Of a DNA stretch of 64,000 nucleotides, positions 26,367-35,774 are shown in pieces. Location of the stretch: positions 1-64,000 of the IMG/VR virus record IMGVR_UViG_3300030419_007368. One strand, 5' to 3'. The notes below the pieces were generated by a model. That model saw only the letters and a list, made by a program, of their open reading frames with translations, ran no database searches and was not told the DNA's origin. A program made the position numbers and the translations under genes. The stretch comes from a virus. The stretch's first letter is position 1. The number at the start of each line of letters is the position of its first letter.

Positions 26367-27749
26367 TCACGAGGGGCCAAGAACACCAGTTAAGGCAAGG
26401 TCGACTCTAGACGGATTAAGAGAATTTTCTTTTGCTTCGCGCAATCTTTTCTCGTAATTAACGTTAGTCTCGCCATGCCAATATTTTCCTTTCGTAATAA
26501 ACTTAGTAGCGTGGATACCCCTAGTCAAGTTATTAATGTATTCTAGTGAAGATTCTGATCCATAAATTCGATAATTCCTGATTGTACGTTTCACAAAAAA
26601 TTGAAAATCGTGCACATCGTGCATAAAACCTGTCTCAATAAATCGCAACTTCAACAACATTTTCAGCCAAAACTCATCTGATGGGAACTCATTGGTAAAA
26701 CTTATATTATCTGTCTCGGGGTCGCGGGAGAGAGGGGGAGGCTCGCGGTCTTTTCTCTCAAAAATCATCCTACCCAGCACTTGGTCATTAATAGAAAAAT
26801 GAGGTTTCACAATCGCACTTCCTTTTTCGCAAACAACGTATTTGGTCTCTTGGAAAGTGTTGAATTGTAAATAAAATGCTTCATACATCGATGCTAGTTG
26901 TTTTTTTAAATTCGTCAACTCAGTTTCATATGCCCTTTCATAGTAGAATTTAAAAATGTTTTCGTAAGAAACTCCGTACTCGCTCATATATTTTTGTGCG
27001 GCGACGGGGCCATCGTCCCCTGAGTTCGCGGCGCCGGAAGCAATGTTGAAAACCAATCTCCACGGAGCGTTTTTATCAACCATGAAGCCGAATTTTTGTG
27101 CGGCCTTCACAAAAAATGTAAAATTTGCATCTTGAACATAATTTAAAATAGCAGCGTTGTTACTTGTGCCGTGTGGAACATTCGCTATTTCTATCATCAG
27201 CCCGCTAACAAACGGAGAACAGTGAGCAGACAAAATATATCCTGTCCTTGTTATCGGGAAGTTCCTGGCTATCTGGATTGCATAAAGTAAAAATTCTTTA
27301 ACAAAATCAGTAAAGTTTTTTATTTTCTCTTGGCGGCGGTCGATGCGTAAATATTCTTGTACAAAATTAGTGTATATTTTGTTTATATGGTTGTTGTATT
27401 TAAACTTTAAATCTCCTTGAGATCGCCAGGCTTTTTTTGCTACGATATTAGAATATGGACTATTCCTGTCTATAGAGTCGCTGTTAGCCATTTTCTGCAC
27501 ATACCTTCTCAAATCATCGAAAGCATCAGAAACGAAATCAACAGCGAACTCTGTGGCACTGGACATCCCGGTAAAGATTTGTTCTAAATTAGCTTCGTCG
27601 GTATAAACAGCATCGCCATTTTTGTCTATCCTGCCATAGAACAAATGCTTTCTCTCAAGATCGAACGCCGGAGTGTTGACAAACTGAGGGTAGAAATCAT
27701 TGACATTGTTTTTGGAATTGAAAATCGCTTCAGTTAGTTGTCTTGGCAT
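26367..27749 (-). CDS. Hypothetical protein (end of baseplate operon)
   Basis: 460 aa ORF with GGAGG SD; no motif recognised. Confidence 0.75.
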   Translation of the reverse strand: MPRQLTEAIFNSKNNVNDFYPQFVNTPAFDLERKHLFYGRIDKNGDAVYTDEANLEQIFTGMSSATEFAVDFVSDAFDDLRRYVQKMANSDSIDRNSPYSNIVAKKAWRSQGDLKFKYNNHINKIYTNFVQEYLRIDRRQEKIKNFTDFVKEFLLYAIQIARNFPITRTGYILSAHCSPFVSGLMIEIANVPHGTSNNAAILNYVQDANFTFFVKAAQKFGFMVDKNAPWRLVFNIASGAANSGDDGPVAAQKYMSEYGVSYENIFKFYYERAYETELTNLKKQLASMYEAFYLQFNTFQETKYVVCEKGSAIVKPHFSINDQVLGRMIFERKDREPPPLSRDPETDNISFTNEFPSDEFWLKMLLKLRFIETGFMHDVHDFQFFVKRTIRNYRIYGSESSLEYINNLTRGIHATKFITKGKYWHGETNVNYEKRLREAKENSLNPSRVDLALTGVLGPS

Positions 27750-27766
27750 AAACCTCCCCCCTATAA

Positions 27767-30616
27767 CTATCTAGCCGCCTGCGCCGTTTGTTTGCCGTTG
27801 ATTTCTGTTTTATATCCGCCATCTCTAGAAATAGTCATCGTTGTTTTTAAAACGATGTGATATCCGCCCAGATTCATTTGATATGCTAAAGATGATGGAC
27901 TCTCCACTCTACCAAGGCCGGCCAGACTAGGGTTGACATAATAATACATACCAGGTGTAAACAAAGAGGTGCCTATTAAGTTTAAATCAGTGTTATACGG
28001 AAACTTCAACTGCTCTAGCTGGTCGACGCCTTGTTCAGCCGCTTGCTCTGCTCGAAGTTCAGCGAGATGCGGAATTTGCACACGAGAAAACTTCATAGAT
28101 TTTAATAAGCCTTTGTCTGAACCAATATTAAAATGATATATTCCGTCTGCTAGATCTTCAACAACATCTGCCTTTCTTTTCGTCACGTCCTTCGCACTGG
28201 TTACATACACTAGCCAATAATCATATGACGTTTTAACCATCGTTTCGGATGACATCGGCTGACTTACCTTATCATAATAATCAAACTTATAATCAGCACT
28301 AGTAACGTCCACTACTCTCTTCATCGGTAGAAGCTCGGCTATTTTTCCCGCATCACGTCCGCAGACCTTGAAGTCTGATCCGGGGAGTTGTTTTCCTGGC
28401 AGACTCAGAGCAATCGCGCTTGACCTCGCTTTAGGTGGCTTAAGGGACTTAGGGAAGCCAACACCAAGGGAAGGTATAACTAGATCGTTCACTAGTGATA
28501 AAACAAAAGAGCCAAGAGGCATTTGAGTCCTCCTTCTTCGAACGATCTTGTTCAAGAACCACGCTCGAAAAAGATTAAACGAAACTGGAAACTGTGCCAA
28601 ATTTATTTTCTGTATTTTCCCGTTTCGATCATAATACTCTATCGGGCCAAGAAGCATCCTCACATTAGTCAGGGGATAATCTATACCCGTATCTGGGCCC
28701 TTTAAGTATGTCCCCACAGGGAAGATTGTTTTAGGCGAAGACTCCTGGTTCGTCGTTGGATCAAAAATAGGCTCATCGCCAAAATCGAGCATCTTCATAC
28801 CCGCATTTCGGCTTGCTAATTCAATAATATCTCCCAAAAACAGAAAATAAAATGGATACGCCTCTTTGTCGTAATTTAATATAGATTTCTTTGCTTTGTC
28901 CTGCTTCTTCTTTGTGGACTCTTTATCTTTTGACTCTGCTTCACCGTCAAGAGACGACACAAGTTGTTGTGCTGTCTCTTCTTTCAAATCTAGCTTGTCT
29001 TTGTCAAGTATATTGCACCTTCCAACGTCTATTTCTGACTTTGCCTTGCCTATTGCCAGCGAAGTTGACTTTATGACTTCCTCATCCGACAATGCGTCTA
29101 AATTTTGTTCCTCGACTCCTTTGTGCTTCGCTACATCTTTCGCAAGAACAACGCCCATGGATTTTTCTACATATTTTTTCGAAGCGCGCGTGCAAAAAAG
29201 ACGCGTTCCGTAACCGCCCTGTTTTGGTGGATTGCCGTCAATCAGTGCGTTTATAAAGGTCCCATACAGATCTTTTTTAAATCGGTTGACTGTCTTCTTT
29301 AGGAACGCTAGGACTGCAGTGGCGTTTTTCTCCACCTTAAACCATTTGTAAACTTCCTCACCATCACCCTTAATTTTAGTTTGATTCTTTTTTGTGACCG
29401 TTCCAGGGCCTCCTGCTTTTTTATAAACATCTGCGAAAAAAGCATCTTTTTCAATTAATTCTCGCAAAGTTTTTCGAGCAGGGCAGTTGGCGTCACTGGT
29501 GCAAGTCTCTTTCGCAAGTCCCGCTTGAATTCCTTTTATCGATGCGGCTAATTTATATATGTGTGCCGTGTTGGTCTTCATAGTAGAAACGCCGCTAGTT
29601 ACATCTAAGTTGCCACCTTTCTGAATTCGAAATGAATCCTGAAAGACATTGACCTGGTTGCTGCCTATAGTGGTCTCAATAGCCCCCCTGTACTTTGCTT
29701 TTAAAATAACCTGCCCATTCTCTTTAATATCAAAATCATAACTTATTAAAGCCAGCGACAATATTGTATTCATTTTTTCGATATTGGAAATGGCTGTGAT
29801 GTCTTCTTGACTTAAATTAACTCCGTTTAGGGACGCAATATCGGGAGCAGTATAGCCCATCAAAACTTTTATCTGATAATGCTTGGGGTTCCAAGCATCA
29901 GAGCCTTTAACAAATTTTGCTGGTGGCCACAATATCATGTCAACATATCTGAGGCCTCCTGAGCTTGGAGATGGCTCTCCGGGAGGTTGTGCGTTTAGAT
30001 CTTTTAAACTCTTGAAAGACAGCTCCAAGGTACATTCAATGTTGTTCTCTATCACACCGTGAGTTTCTCCGTTTTGATGTACGGAAAAAGATTTTAAACC
30101 AACATTTCGAAAAGTAGGTTTCGTACTCTCGTACGCAAGATAATCTTCTACGCTGGATGCTAGCTCATACCCAAAATTATCTGAAAATTTAAACTCTCTA
30201 TAACAAGGCACAGGCAAGGCGGTTAAGGTCGAGCCGTCAGGTGTGCCGTCAGGGCCCATCTTCAACTCCTCATAATTAACTTTATAAATCCTTATTTTCG
30301 GTTGCATTAAAGACAAGACAGATTGCTTAATCTTGTAAAAAACATCGAGGGCAGGAATCCCCTTCAGTTTATTAACAAGTTCTGGTCCGGGGCCGTTCAC
30401 CTGCCTAAACATACTATATTGAAAAAATTTTGGATTGGCTTTGGTGAAACGCTTAATAGCATCGATATTCTGACTTAGAACATATTGTTCTATGTTAGAT
30501 ACGTTCTTGTCATTGTTGGTGACCGCCTTTTTGTCTCTAAGGTTCTTGGAATCCTCTGCAGACGCGGTTTTGACGCTACCCTTGCCTTTTGGCGATGTAA
30601 TATCTGGCGTTGCCAT
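27767..30616 (-). CDS. Putative baseplate hub protein (gp27/GpD-like)
   Basis: 949 aa; follows TMP, tube-like and LysM genes; C-terminal LNLIGTSLFTPGMYYYV...GGYHIVLKTTMTI...YKTEING fits the hub beta-barrel pattern. Confidence 0.6.
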   Translation of the reverse strand: MATPDITSPKGKGSVKTASAEDSKNLRDKKAVTNNDKNVSNIEQYVLSQNIDAIKRFTKANPKFFQYSMFRQVNGPGPELVNKLKGIPALDVFYKIKQSVLSLMQPKIRIYKVNYEELKMGPDGTPDGSTLTALPVPCYREFKFSDNFGYELASSVEDYLAYESTKPTFRNVGLKSFSVHQNGETHGVIENNIECTLELSFKSLKDLNAQPPGEPSPSSGGLRYVDMILWPPAKFVKGSDAWNPKHYQIKVLMGYTAPDIASLNGVNLSQEDITAISNIEKMNTILSLALISYDFDIKENGQVILKAKYRGAIETTIGSNQVNVFQDSFRIQKGGNLDVTSGVSTMKTNTAHIYKLAASIKGIQAGLAKETCTSDANCPARKTLRELIEKDAFFADVYKKAGGPGTVTKKNQTKIKGDGEEVYKWFKVEKNATAVLAFLKKTVNRFKKDLYGTFINALIDGNPPKQGGYGTRLFCTRASKKYVEKSMGVVLAKDVAKHKGVEEQNLDALSDEEVIKSTSLAIGKAKSEIDVGRCNILDKDKLDLKEETAQQLVSSLDGEAESKDKESTKKKQDKAKKSILNYDKEAYPFYFLFLGDIIELASRNAGMKMLDFGDEPIFDPTTNQESSPKTIFPVGTYLKGPDTGIDYPLTNVRMLLGPIEYYDRNGKIQKINLAQFPVSFNLFRAWFLNKIVRRRRTQMPLGSFVLSLVNDLVIPSLGVGFPKSLKPPKARSSAIALSLPGKQLPGSDFKVCGRDAGKIAELLPMKRVVDVTSADYKFDYYDKVSQPMSSETMVKTSYDYWLVYVTSAKDVTKRKADVVEDLADGIYHFNIGSDKGLLKSMKFSRVQIPHLAELRAEQAAEQGVDQLEQLKFPYNTDLNLIGTSLFTPGMYYYVNPSLAGLGRVESPSSLAYQMNLGGYHIVLKTTMTISRDGGYKTEINGKQTAQAAR

Positions 30617-30628
30617 CGAAGACCCCTC

Positions 30629-30964
30629 TTAATACCCCATGTAATACAATGCGGCGTCTAGCGGAACTGGAATAAGAATAGTTTCACCTTGTTTGACATG
30701 AAATTCTGTTGGCTTCTGGTTAAAAAGAGCAATAACCCACCACTTCGTTGAATCTGCATAATATTGATAAGCCAATCTGTAATATCGATCTGCGCTCGTC
30801 CACACGTGAGGAATTCTTTCAAAGTTTTGCATGTCGGACGCTGACGGATGCTTAAGCTTTGGAGTGTTGAACTGACGTATACTATTCATACCCCTAGTCT
30901 TTTTTAAATATCGCCTATAGGCATCGTTATCGTTTGTATATACTGACTGGTTGTAATATCTCAT
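30629..30964 (-). CDS. LysM/tail-X-like baseplate wedge protein (gp53-like)
   Basis: DRYYRLAYQYY...WWVIALFN...GETILIP. Confidence 0.8.
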   Translation of the reverse strand: MRYYNQSVYTNDNDAYRRYLKKTRGMNSIRQFNTPKLKHPSASDMQNFERIPHVWTSADRYYRLAYQYYADSTKWWVIALFNQKPTEFHVKQGETILIPVPLDAALYYMGY

Positions 30965-31881
30965 TAGGGGCAGTCTCCTCTCTCTTCAACGCCAATATGG
31001 CCACCGCTCGATCTACCGATGTCGGCGCCGATTACACAATCATTCTTTGCCTTAGGACTGCCTGGGATAGGCGGCGCAGCGGGTGCAGCGGCAGCAGGAC
31101 GGGCAGGCGCCTCTCTTAGTACCCCAAAATTATACGGGAAGCCTGGGGCAACTGATCCCCCTCTCCATCGACCAGTGGCCGCATCCCAGCCCAGCGGATG
31201 ATCATGTACAACATTCAACGTACATGATACTTTAATTAATTTAGGCACCAACATCTTGTTCCCTTCCTTGACACGCCGCTGGAAGCCGGCTTCTTCGAGC
31301 AAGCGCGCATCTATATTGGCATTTGGTGATCCAGAGTTCTTAGGAGATATAGAAATAAAACCTACTTTTCCGTCATGGTTAATTTTAACACCTGTTATGG
31401 TACAAAGTATGCCCTGACCTCCGGATGTAGTAGAAGCTATTAAGTTTGCGTGACGGACGCGGAACAAAGGAGAAGCAGCTATCGAAGTGGCCACGTTAGA
31501 CTCTTTATATGCAGGATACAAAGAAGCTAGAAACCAACTTAAATTATTCATGTTCTCCAGAGCCATGGATCTAGAGCTTGAAGGTATCGACCACCCAACA
31601 CTGATTGTCCTCTTAGAACCTTTCCAGATATAATATGGGTCAGTTCTGCCAAACGGCTGTTCAGAGGTGTATTCAGGGCTGAAGCTATCCGACAATTGAT
31701 CAATATATGCGATAAACTGTATCAAAGGTGGGTTTTTAATATGCACAGGAATAACCTCCAGCAACGTACCGGCTACTGCTGAATCGGAATTTTCAAAATC
31801 ACCTTTTTTAAACTTCACGTTAGTGAACTTAGTTTTAGTGCCGTTGTATGCGGCGATTTCTGATTGAAAAAACTTTGGCAT
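30964..31881 (-). CDS. Tube-fold baseplate / tube initiator protein
   Basis: FIAYIDQLSDSFSPEY...FGRTDPYYIWKGSKRTIS...PKLIKVSCTL; lies between the TMP and LysM genes. Confidence 0.6.
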   Translation of the reverse strand: MPKFFQSEIAAYNGTKTKFTNVKFKKGDFENSDSAVAGTLLEVIPVHIKNPPLIQFIAYIDQLSDSFSPEYTSEQPFGRTDPYYIWKGSKRTISVGWSIPSSSRSMALENMNNLSWFLASLYPAYKESNVATSIAASPLFRVRHANLIASTTSGGQGILCTITGVKINHDGKVGFISISPKNSGSPNANIDARLLEEAGFQRRVKEGNKMLVPKLIKVSCTLNVVHDHPLGWDAATGRWRGGSVAPGFPYNFGVLREAPARPAAAAPAAPPIPGSPKAKNDCVIGADIGRSSGGHIGVEERGDCP

Positions 31882-31898
31882 ATCTACCTGCTCCTATA

Positions 31899-34028
31899 TT
31901 AAGCGTTTGCGCTCCAAACTGCTGTCCTTATCTTATCGTCAACTACAGCTACAGCTATTTTGCCCATCTTTTGCGCAAATTCCGTGCCATCTACGTTAAG
32001 ATTTATTGTTGTCGCAACATCACTGACAACTGGCGCTCCGGGAGAGCCCGCACCTCTTGCACCGCGTTCGGCTTCGCCTCTGCCCGCATCTGCTGTTCGA
32101 ACCTCAGGAAGGCCGGTCCGGCCGGCGAGTTCAAGTTTTCGCATGACAGCAGGAGACTCCAACCTCTTCAAAAGCTTTTTCTGGTCAGCAGAGGTTAAAT
32201 CGATGCCCATGCTCTTAAGTTGGTCGATGACTATATCACCAAAAGCTTTTATTCGAGATGCTGCTGATACAATAGGGATGTCGAAAGCCCTAAATATTCC
32301 AAGCATTTGAAGCGCGGCAGCTTGAGAATCTTTTGTATTCTTTACTAAGCTGCCGAAGCTATTCGTCACTGCGTTAGCTGCCTGCACAGCAGCGCCGCGG
32401 ACTTTACCCATGATCTTAAACATACCGCCGGCCATATTCGACAAGCTGGCTTTCATTCGTTCCATCGTATTCATTGAATCATGAATCCTCTTTTTGAGCT
32501 TGTCTTGAGACATAGCACTCGTATCCATATTCTTTTTCGCCAGTTCAAAATCTTCTTTACTACCAAAAATCCTTGCTGCTCCTGCGACATCTGTGCCCAG
32601 CATGGTAGCGATTATTTTCTTAACACGCCTGTTGGCGGTTTCAAAACTTATTCCGGAGCGATCCATGGCATCACGCAACATATCAATTTTTTCTGACGGT
32701 GTTGCCATGGCGAGATCAGCAGCTGATAAAACCGTATCCCCAATAACAGCATTAAAAGTCTGGGCCGCTTCGGCGGCGCCTTTAAACGTGTCTAAACGGT
32801 CAGTTATCTTAACAAGGTCGCCTACTTTAGAACCAGTAGCCACAGCTTGCGCCTGGAGATTAGCAAAAACTTCTACTGCTTTGTCACCCCACTGGGCAAG
32901 ATTCCCCATGTTAGCGTTAAAATCTGAAATGGACTGATTCACGTTAATTCCGAGGCTGTCTGCAACGTTAACCAATTGTTTAACTGATTTAGCTGCAATC
33001 TTCGGGGTTTGGCCAAAAACCTTCACAAAGCCATCTAAAGATTTAGTGGATGTCGGCAAGGCAACCCCTATCTTTTTAAGGCCAGCGACAAGATTGCCAG
33101 TAAAAGCTGCAACCTCAGGGTTCATCTTCACCCAAGATTGTCGAAAATAACTTACATTGTTAGTCAATGCCTGCATCGCAGCGCTGGCTTCGGGAGCGGT
33201 TATGCCAATACCTGCCATGGGGTCTAAACCCTCTTTCTTAAAGTCCATCAACTGGTCACGAACAGCGTCTAAAGGATCTATAATTGATATGTAAGTCTTT
33301 TTAAGCTCCTCAGTCGACAACCCAGTGGCCTTAACATAATTAAACCAGCCAGACTCCAGAGACTTGAACATAGCTTGCATTTCCAGCCGAAGAGTACCCA
33401 TTGTAAATTTCGTACCCATCAAGAGGGTCAAGCCGGCTAGCGAACCTTCGATGTTGTTGAACATCTTCAGCGCCTCTTCGCCAGTAGATGTGATTCCGGT
33501 CAGGGCGCCATCGCCAAGCTCTCGCCAGGTTTTCATATCTTTGAAATCTCTTCGGAAGTTGTTACTTCTATCTTCCGATATCTCTTTTAATCTTTTCGCC
33601 GCGGCATCATCACCACCGAGCTGCCTGTCGATTTCTTTGTTAAGTTCTTTACGCCACTTAACTATGTTCTTTAATTGCTGTTCCTGATCCTTGAAATGTT
33701 TTTTACGAGCTTTCGCCATCTTTTCAAGACGTTCAATTTGCTCGACATATTCGCTCGTTACTTTTTTTTGTTCATCCGATTCCAAGGCCTTGTATTGAGC
33801 GGATTCCTTCAGTTTTTTAAGCTGGTCTTCAACCAATTTTTTCTGCTTCTCATAGATGTTTCCTCCACGCTCCAACATCGACAAATAGATTTTCAACTGT
33901 GAGATCTGATTTTGTTGCGCAAGGGTAAGATCAGTTACGGACTTGTTCTGAGCTTCAATCAGCTCCTTGAGCTTCTCATAAGCTTCAGCCATTTCTTTAA
34001 TTTGCTCTGGTGTTTGCGGCGCCGCCAT
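31899..34028 (-). CDS. Tape measure protein
   Basis: 709 aa, helical and A/K/M rich, directly after the tail chaperone pair. Confidence 0.8.
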   Translation of the reverse strand: MAAPQTPEQIKEMAEAYEKLKELIEAQNKSVTDLTLAQQNQISQLKIYLSMLERGGNIYEKQKKLVEDQLKKLKESAQYKALESDEQKKVTSEYVEQIERLEKMAKARKKHFKDQEQQLKNIVKWRKELNKEIDRQLGGDDAAAKRLKEISEDRSNNFRRDFKDMKTWRELGDGALTGITSTGEEALKMFNNIEGSLAGLTLLMGTKFTMGTLRLEMQAMFKSLESGWFNYVKATGLSTEELKKTYISIIDPLDAVRDQLMDFKKEGLDPMAGIGITAPEASAAMQALTNNVSYFRQSWVKMNPEVAAFTGNLVAGLKKIGVALPTSTKSLDGFVKVFGQTPKIAAKSVKQLVNVADSLGINVNQSISDFNANMGNLAQWGDKAVEVFANLQAQAVATGSKVGDLVKITDRLDTFKGAAEAAQTFNAVIGDTVLSAADLAMATPSEKIDMLRDAMDRSGISFETANRRVKKIIATMLGTDVAGAARIFGSKEDFELAKKNMDTSAMSQDKLKKRIHDSMNTMERMKASLSNMAGGMFKIMGKVRGAAVQAANAVTNSFGSLVKNTKDSQAAALQMLGIFRAFDIPIVSAASRIKAFGDIVIDQLKSMGIDLTSADQKKLLKRLESPAVMRKLELAGRTGLPEVRTADAGRGEAERGARGAGSPGAPVVSDVATTINLNVDGTEFAQKMGKIAVAVVDDKIRTAVWSANA

Positions 34029-34055
34029 GTTGCGTGGTCTCCCTAGTGTGTACTA

Positions 34056-34063
34056 TAAATAGT
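34056..34063 (-). promoter_or_regulatory. Putative late-promoter motif (ACTATTTA)
   Basis: 28 nt upstream of the TMP start, just after a terminator. Confidence 0.65.
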
Positions 34064-34072
34064 TAGCTGACC

Positions 34073-34102
34073 AAAAATAAAAACCCTGCGTTAGCAGGGT
34101 TT
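34073..34102 (-). terminator. Rho-independent terminator
   Basis: Stem aaaccctgc/gcagggttt followed by a T-rich tail on the minus strand. Confidence 0.8.
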
Positions 34103-34103
34103 A

Positions 34104-34287
34104 TTAAGTTGCGTTTTCGATGGCTTCCCGTTCTGTATTGAATTGCTCGATTAGCTTATCCAAAAACCACTTCCGAAGACCAACAGGCAAGTTGTAAGCT
34201 TCTATAAAGCTCCAACCACCGTGATATTTTAAGGCAAAAAATTGCTCATAGACGGACTCCATGTATTCATCACCCAGGCCAAAAAAA
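34104..34287 (-). CDS. Tail assembly chaperone C-terminal extension (probably reached by frameshift)
   Basis: FFGLGDEYMESVYEQFFALKYHGGWSFIEAYNLPVGLRKWF lies in the +1 frame and overlaps the T7 run at the end of the upstream gene. Confidence 0.7.
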
Positions 34288-35094
34288 CTCCGCATTAAGC
34301 GGAACCCCCATTTCTTCGCTATGGAAGCAGGCAGCACATCTAAAAACATCACTTAGATCAATGTTCGGCGCTAGTTCTTTATAAATCTTTCTTAAGTGTC
34401 GAGCATCAGCAGCAGGCATAGTATGTACGAATTGCCGGATAGAGACAGGATTCGAGTCGCCGTTAACAGATACAATGAACGCGGAAAGAGCACTAGTTAT
34501 GGGAGCTTCGCTGTCCCCTTCATCAGGTACCTGATTTGTCGACAATATACCAACTTCAACAGTCATCTGACAAACTGGAAGTTTCAACGAAAACGTCTTC
34601 GTGTCATCGTTCAAATGAAGGTCATTTTCTTTTAAAAAGTCTTCATCAAAACATGCACCCTTAACCTGATCCGTTCTCAAATTAAAAGTAAAAGGCAGGG
34701 AGGTGCTACACACTGGACAAGTAATCCTTGTTTCATATTTTTCGCCATAAGCAGAGATTCTTGCTGCGACCATAATAGCATTTCGATCGCCAACAACAAG
34801 AGTTCGCGGATCAATCGCGTTATCAACAAGGAGGTTCTGTAATAACCTATCCAGCACAATACCTTTCTTGATGAGAGCTGTCGAAGATAATATATCTTCT
34901 TCTTTTGCTGTCATGTATTTAATTTCCACCGTTTCTTGGTTGTGCAGCGGGTGCCCTTCTGGATAGAACAGGCCTCTTGACGGTAGTTCGACAAACTCAG
35001 TCGGTACCGTGTACGACAGAGTGTTGTGACTCTGTGGCGGTGGATCAGTTGGCGCTGGGGATTGACCCCCTAAGCGTTTCTGATTATTTCTCAT
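34270..35094 (-). CDS. Tail/baseplate assembly chaperone (T4 gp26/gp51-like)
   Basis: VELPSRG, MTAKEEDIL, GDRNAIM, CPVC and CAAC, ends FFWPG; lies between tube and TMP. Confidence 0.8.
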   Translation of the reverse strand: MRNNQKRLGGQSPAPTDPPPQSHNTLSYTVPTEFVELPSRGLFYPEGHPLHNQETVEIKYMTAKEEDILSSTALIKKGIVLDRLLQNLLVDNAIDPRTLVVGDRNAIMVAARISAYGEKYETRITCPVCSTSLPFTFNLRTDQVKGACFDEDFLKENDLHLNDDTKTFSLKLPVCQMTVEVGILSTNQVPDEGDSEAPITSALSAFIVSVNGDSNPVSIRQFVHTMPAADARHLRKIYKELAPNIDLSDVFRCAACFHSEEMGVPLNAEFFWPG

Positions 35095-35113
35095 TTATAC
35101 CTCTCTAAACTTC

Positions 35114-35731
35114 TTAAACCTGGTAACTAGGGGCTGCGCCCGGGTCGAATGATGTTAGTTTAGCATAGTCATACTTAATTGTTAAATCAATACTAACCAA
35201 ATCATCAGTATTGTAGTCCAAGTCTCCAAATTTTGCACTAGTGATAAATGCGTTGTGGAGGATCCACTCTTCAATGTATTTTGTGGGACCAAGACCGGGA
35301 GGCGTTTCACCAGGATTCAGGATCAAATCTAGATTTCTGCCGCCGCCGTCAAGCTGTTTAATACTAACCTGTCCCAGCGCTGCATGTGCACCGGCTTTTG
35401 TAACCCCTGCCAGCAAATCACTTTGTGAACTTGGTGGCTCGTATCCGGAGCTTAAAAGAGAATTGTAGAAATTGCGGCCCACGTCAGGATTAACAGCATC
35501 AATAAAAGAAATGGTTACATCTTGCCACTTAACAATGTTGGGAAACTTAAACTCGTGATTCAAAACTCTATGTTGCGTAGAGTCCAAATTATAAGATGGC
35601 TTTGAGCACTTGGTCGCCATAAAAGAAAGACTATTCCCGCCAGGGGCTGTAGAGCCACCTATCTTAGAGAAGCTAACAATCCATCGAAATTTTCTTTTAG
35701 GCTGGAAATTGGGGTTGTTAAAAAACGACAT
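35114..35731 (-). CDS. Tail tube protein (gp19-like)
   Basis: QPKRKFRW, WQDVTISF, EEWILHNAF, FGDLDY, LTIKYDYA; follows the sheath gene. Confidence 0.88.
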   Translation of the reverse strand: MSFFNNPNFQPKRKFRWIVSFSKIGGSTAPGGNSLSFMATKCSKPSYNLDSTQHRVLNHEFKFPNIVKWQDVTISFIDAVNPDVGRNFYNSLLSSGYEPPSSQSDLLAGVTKAGAHAALGQVSIKQLDGGGRNLDLILNPGETPPGLGPTKYIEEWILHNAFITSAKFGDLDYNTDDLVSIDLTIKYDYAKLTSFDPGAAPSYQV

Positions 35732-35754
35732 CTACTACGGTCTCCTATCATATT

Positions 35755-35762
35755 TAAATAGT
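35755..35762 (-). promoter_or_regulatory. Putative late-promoter motif (ACTATTTA)
   Basis: 24 nt upstream of the tube start. Confidence 0.65.
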
Positions 35763-35774
35763 GGTAAAAATAAT

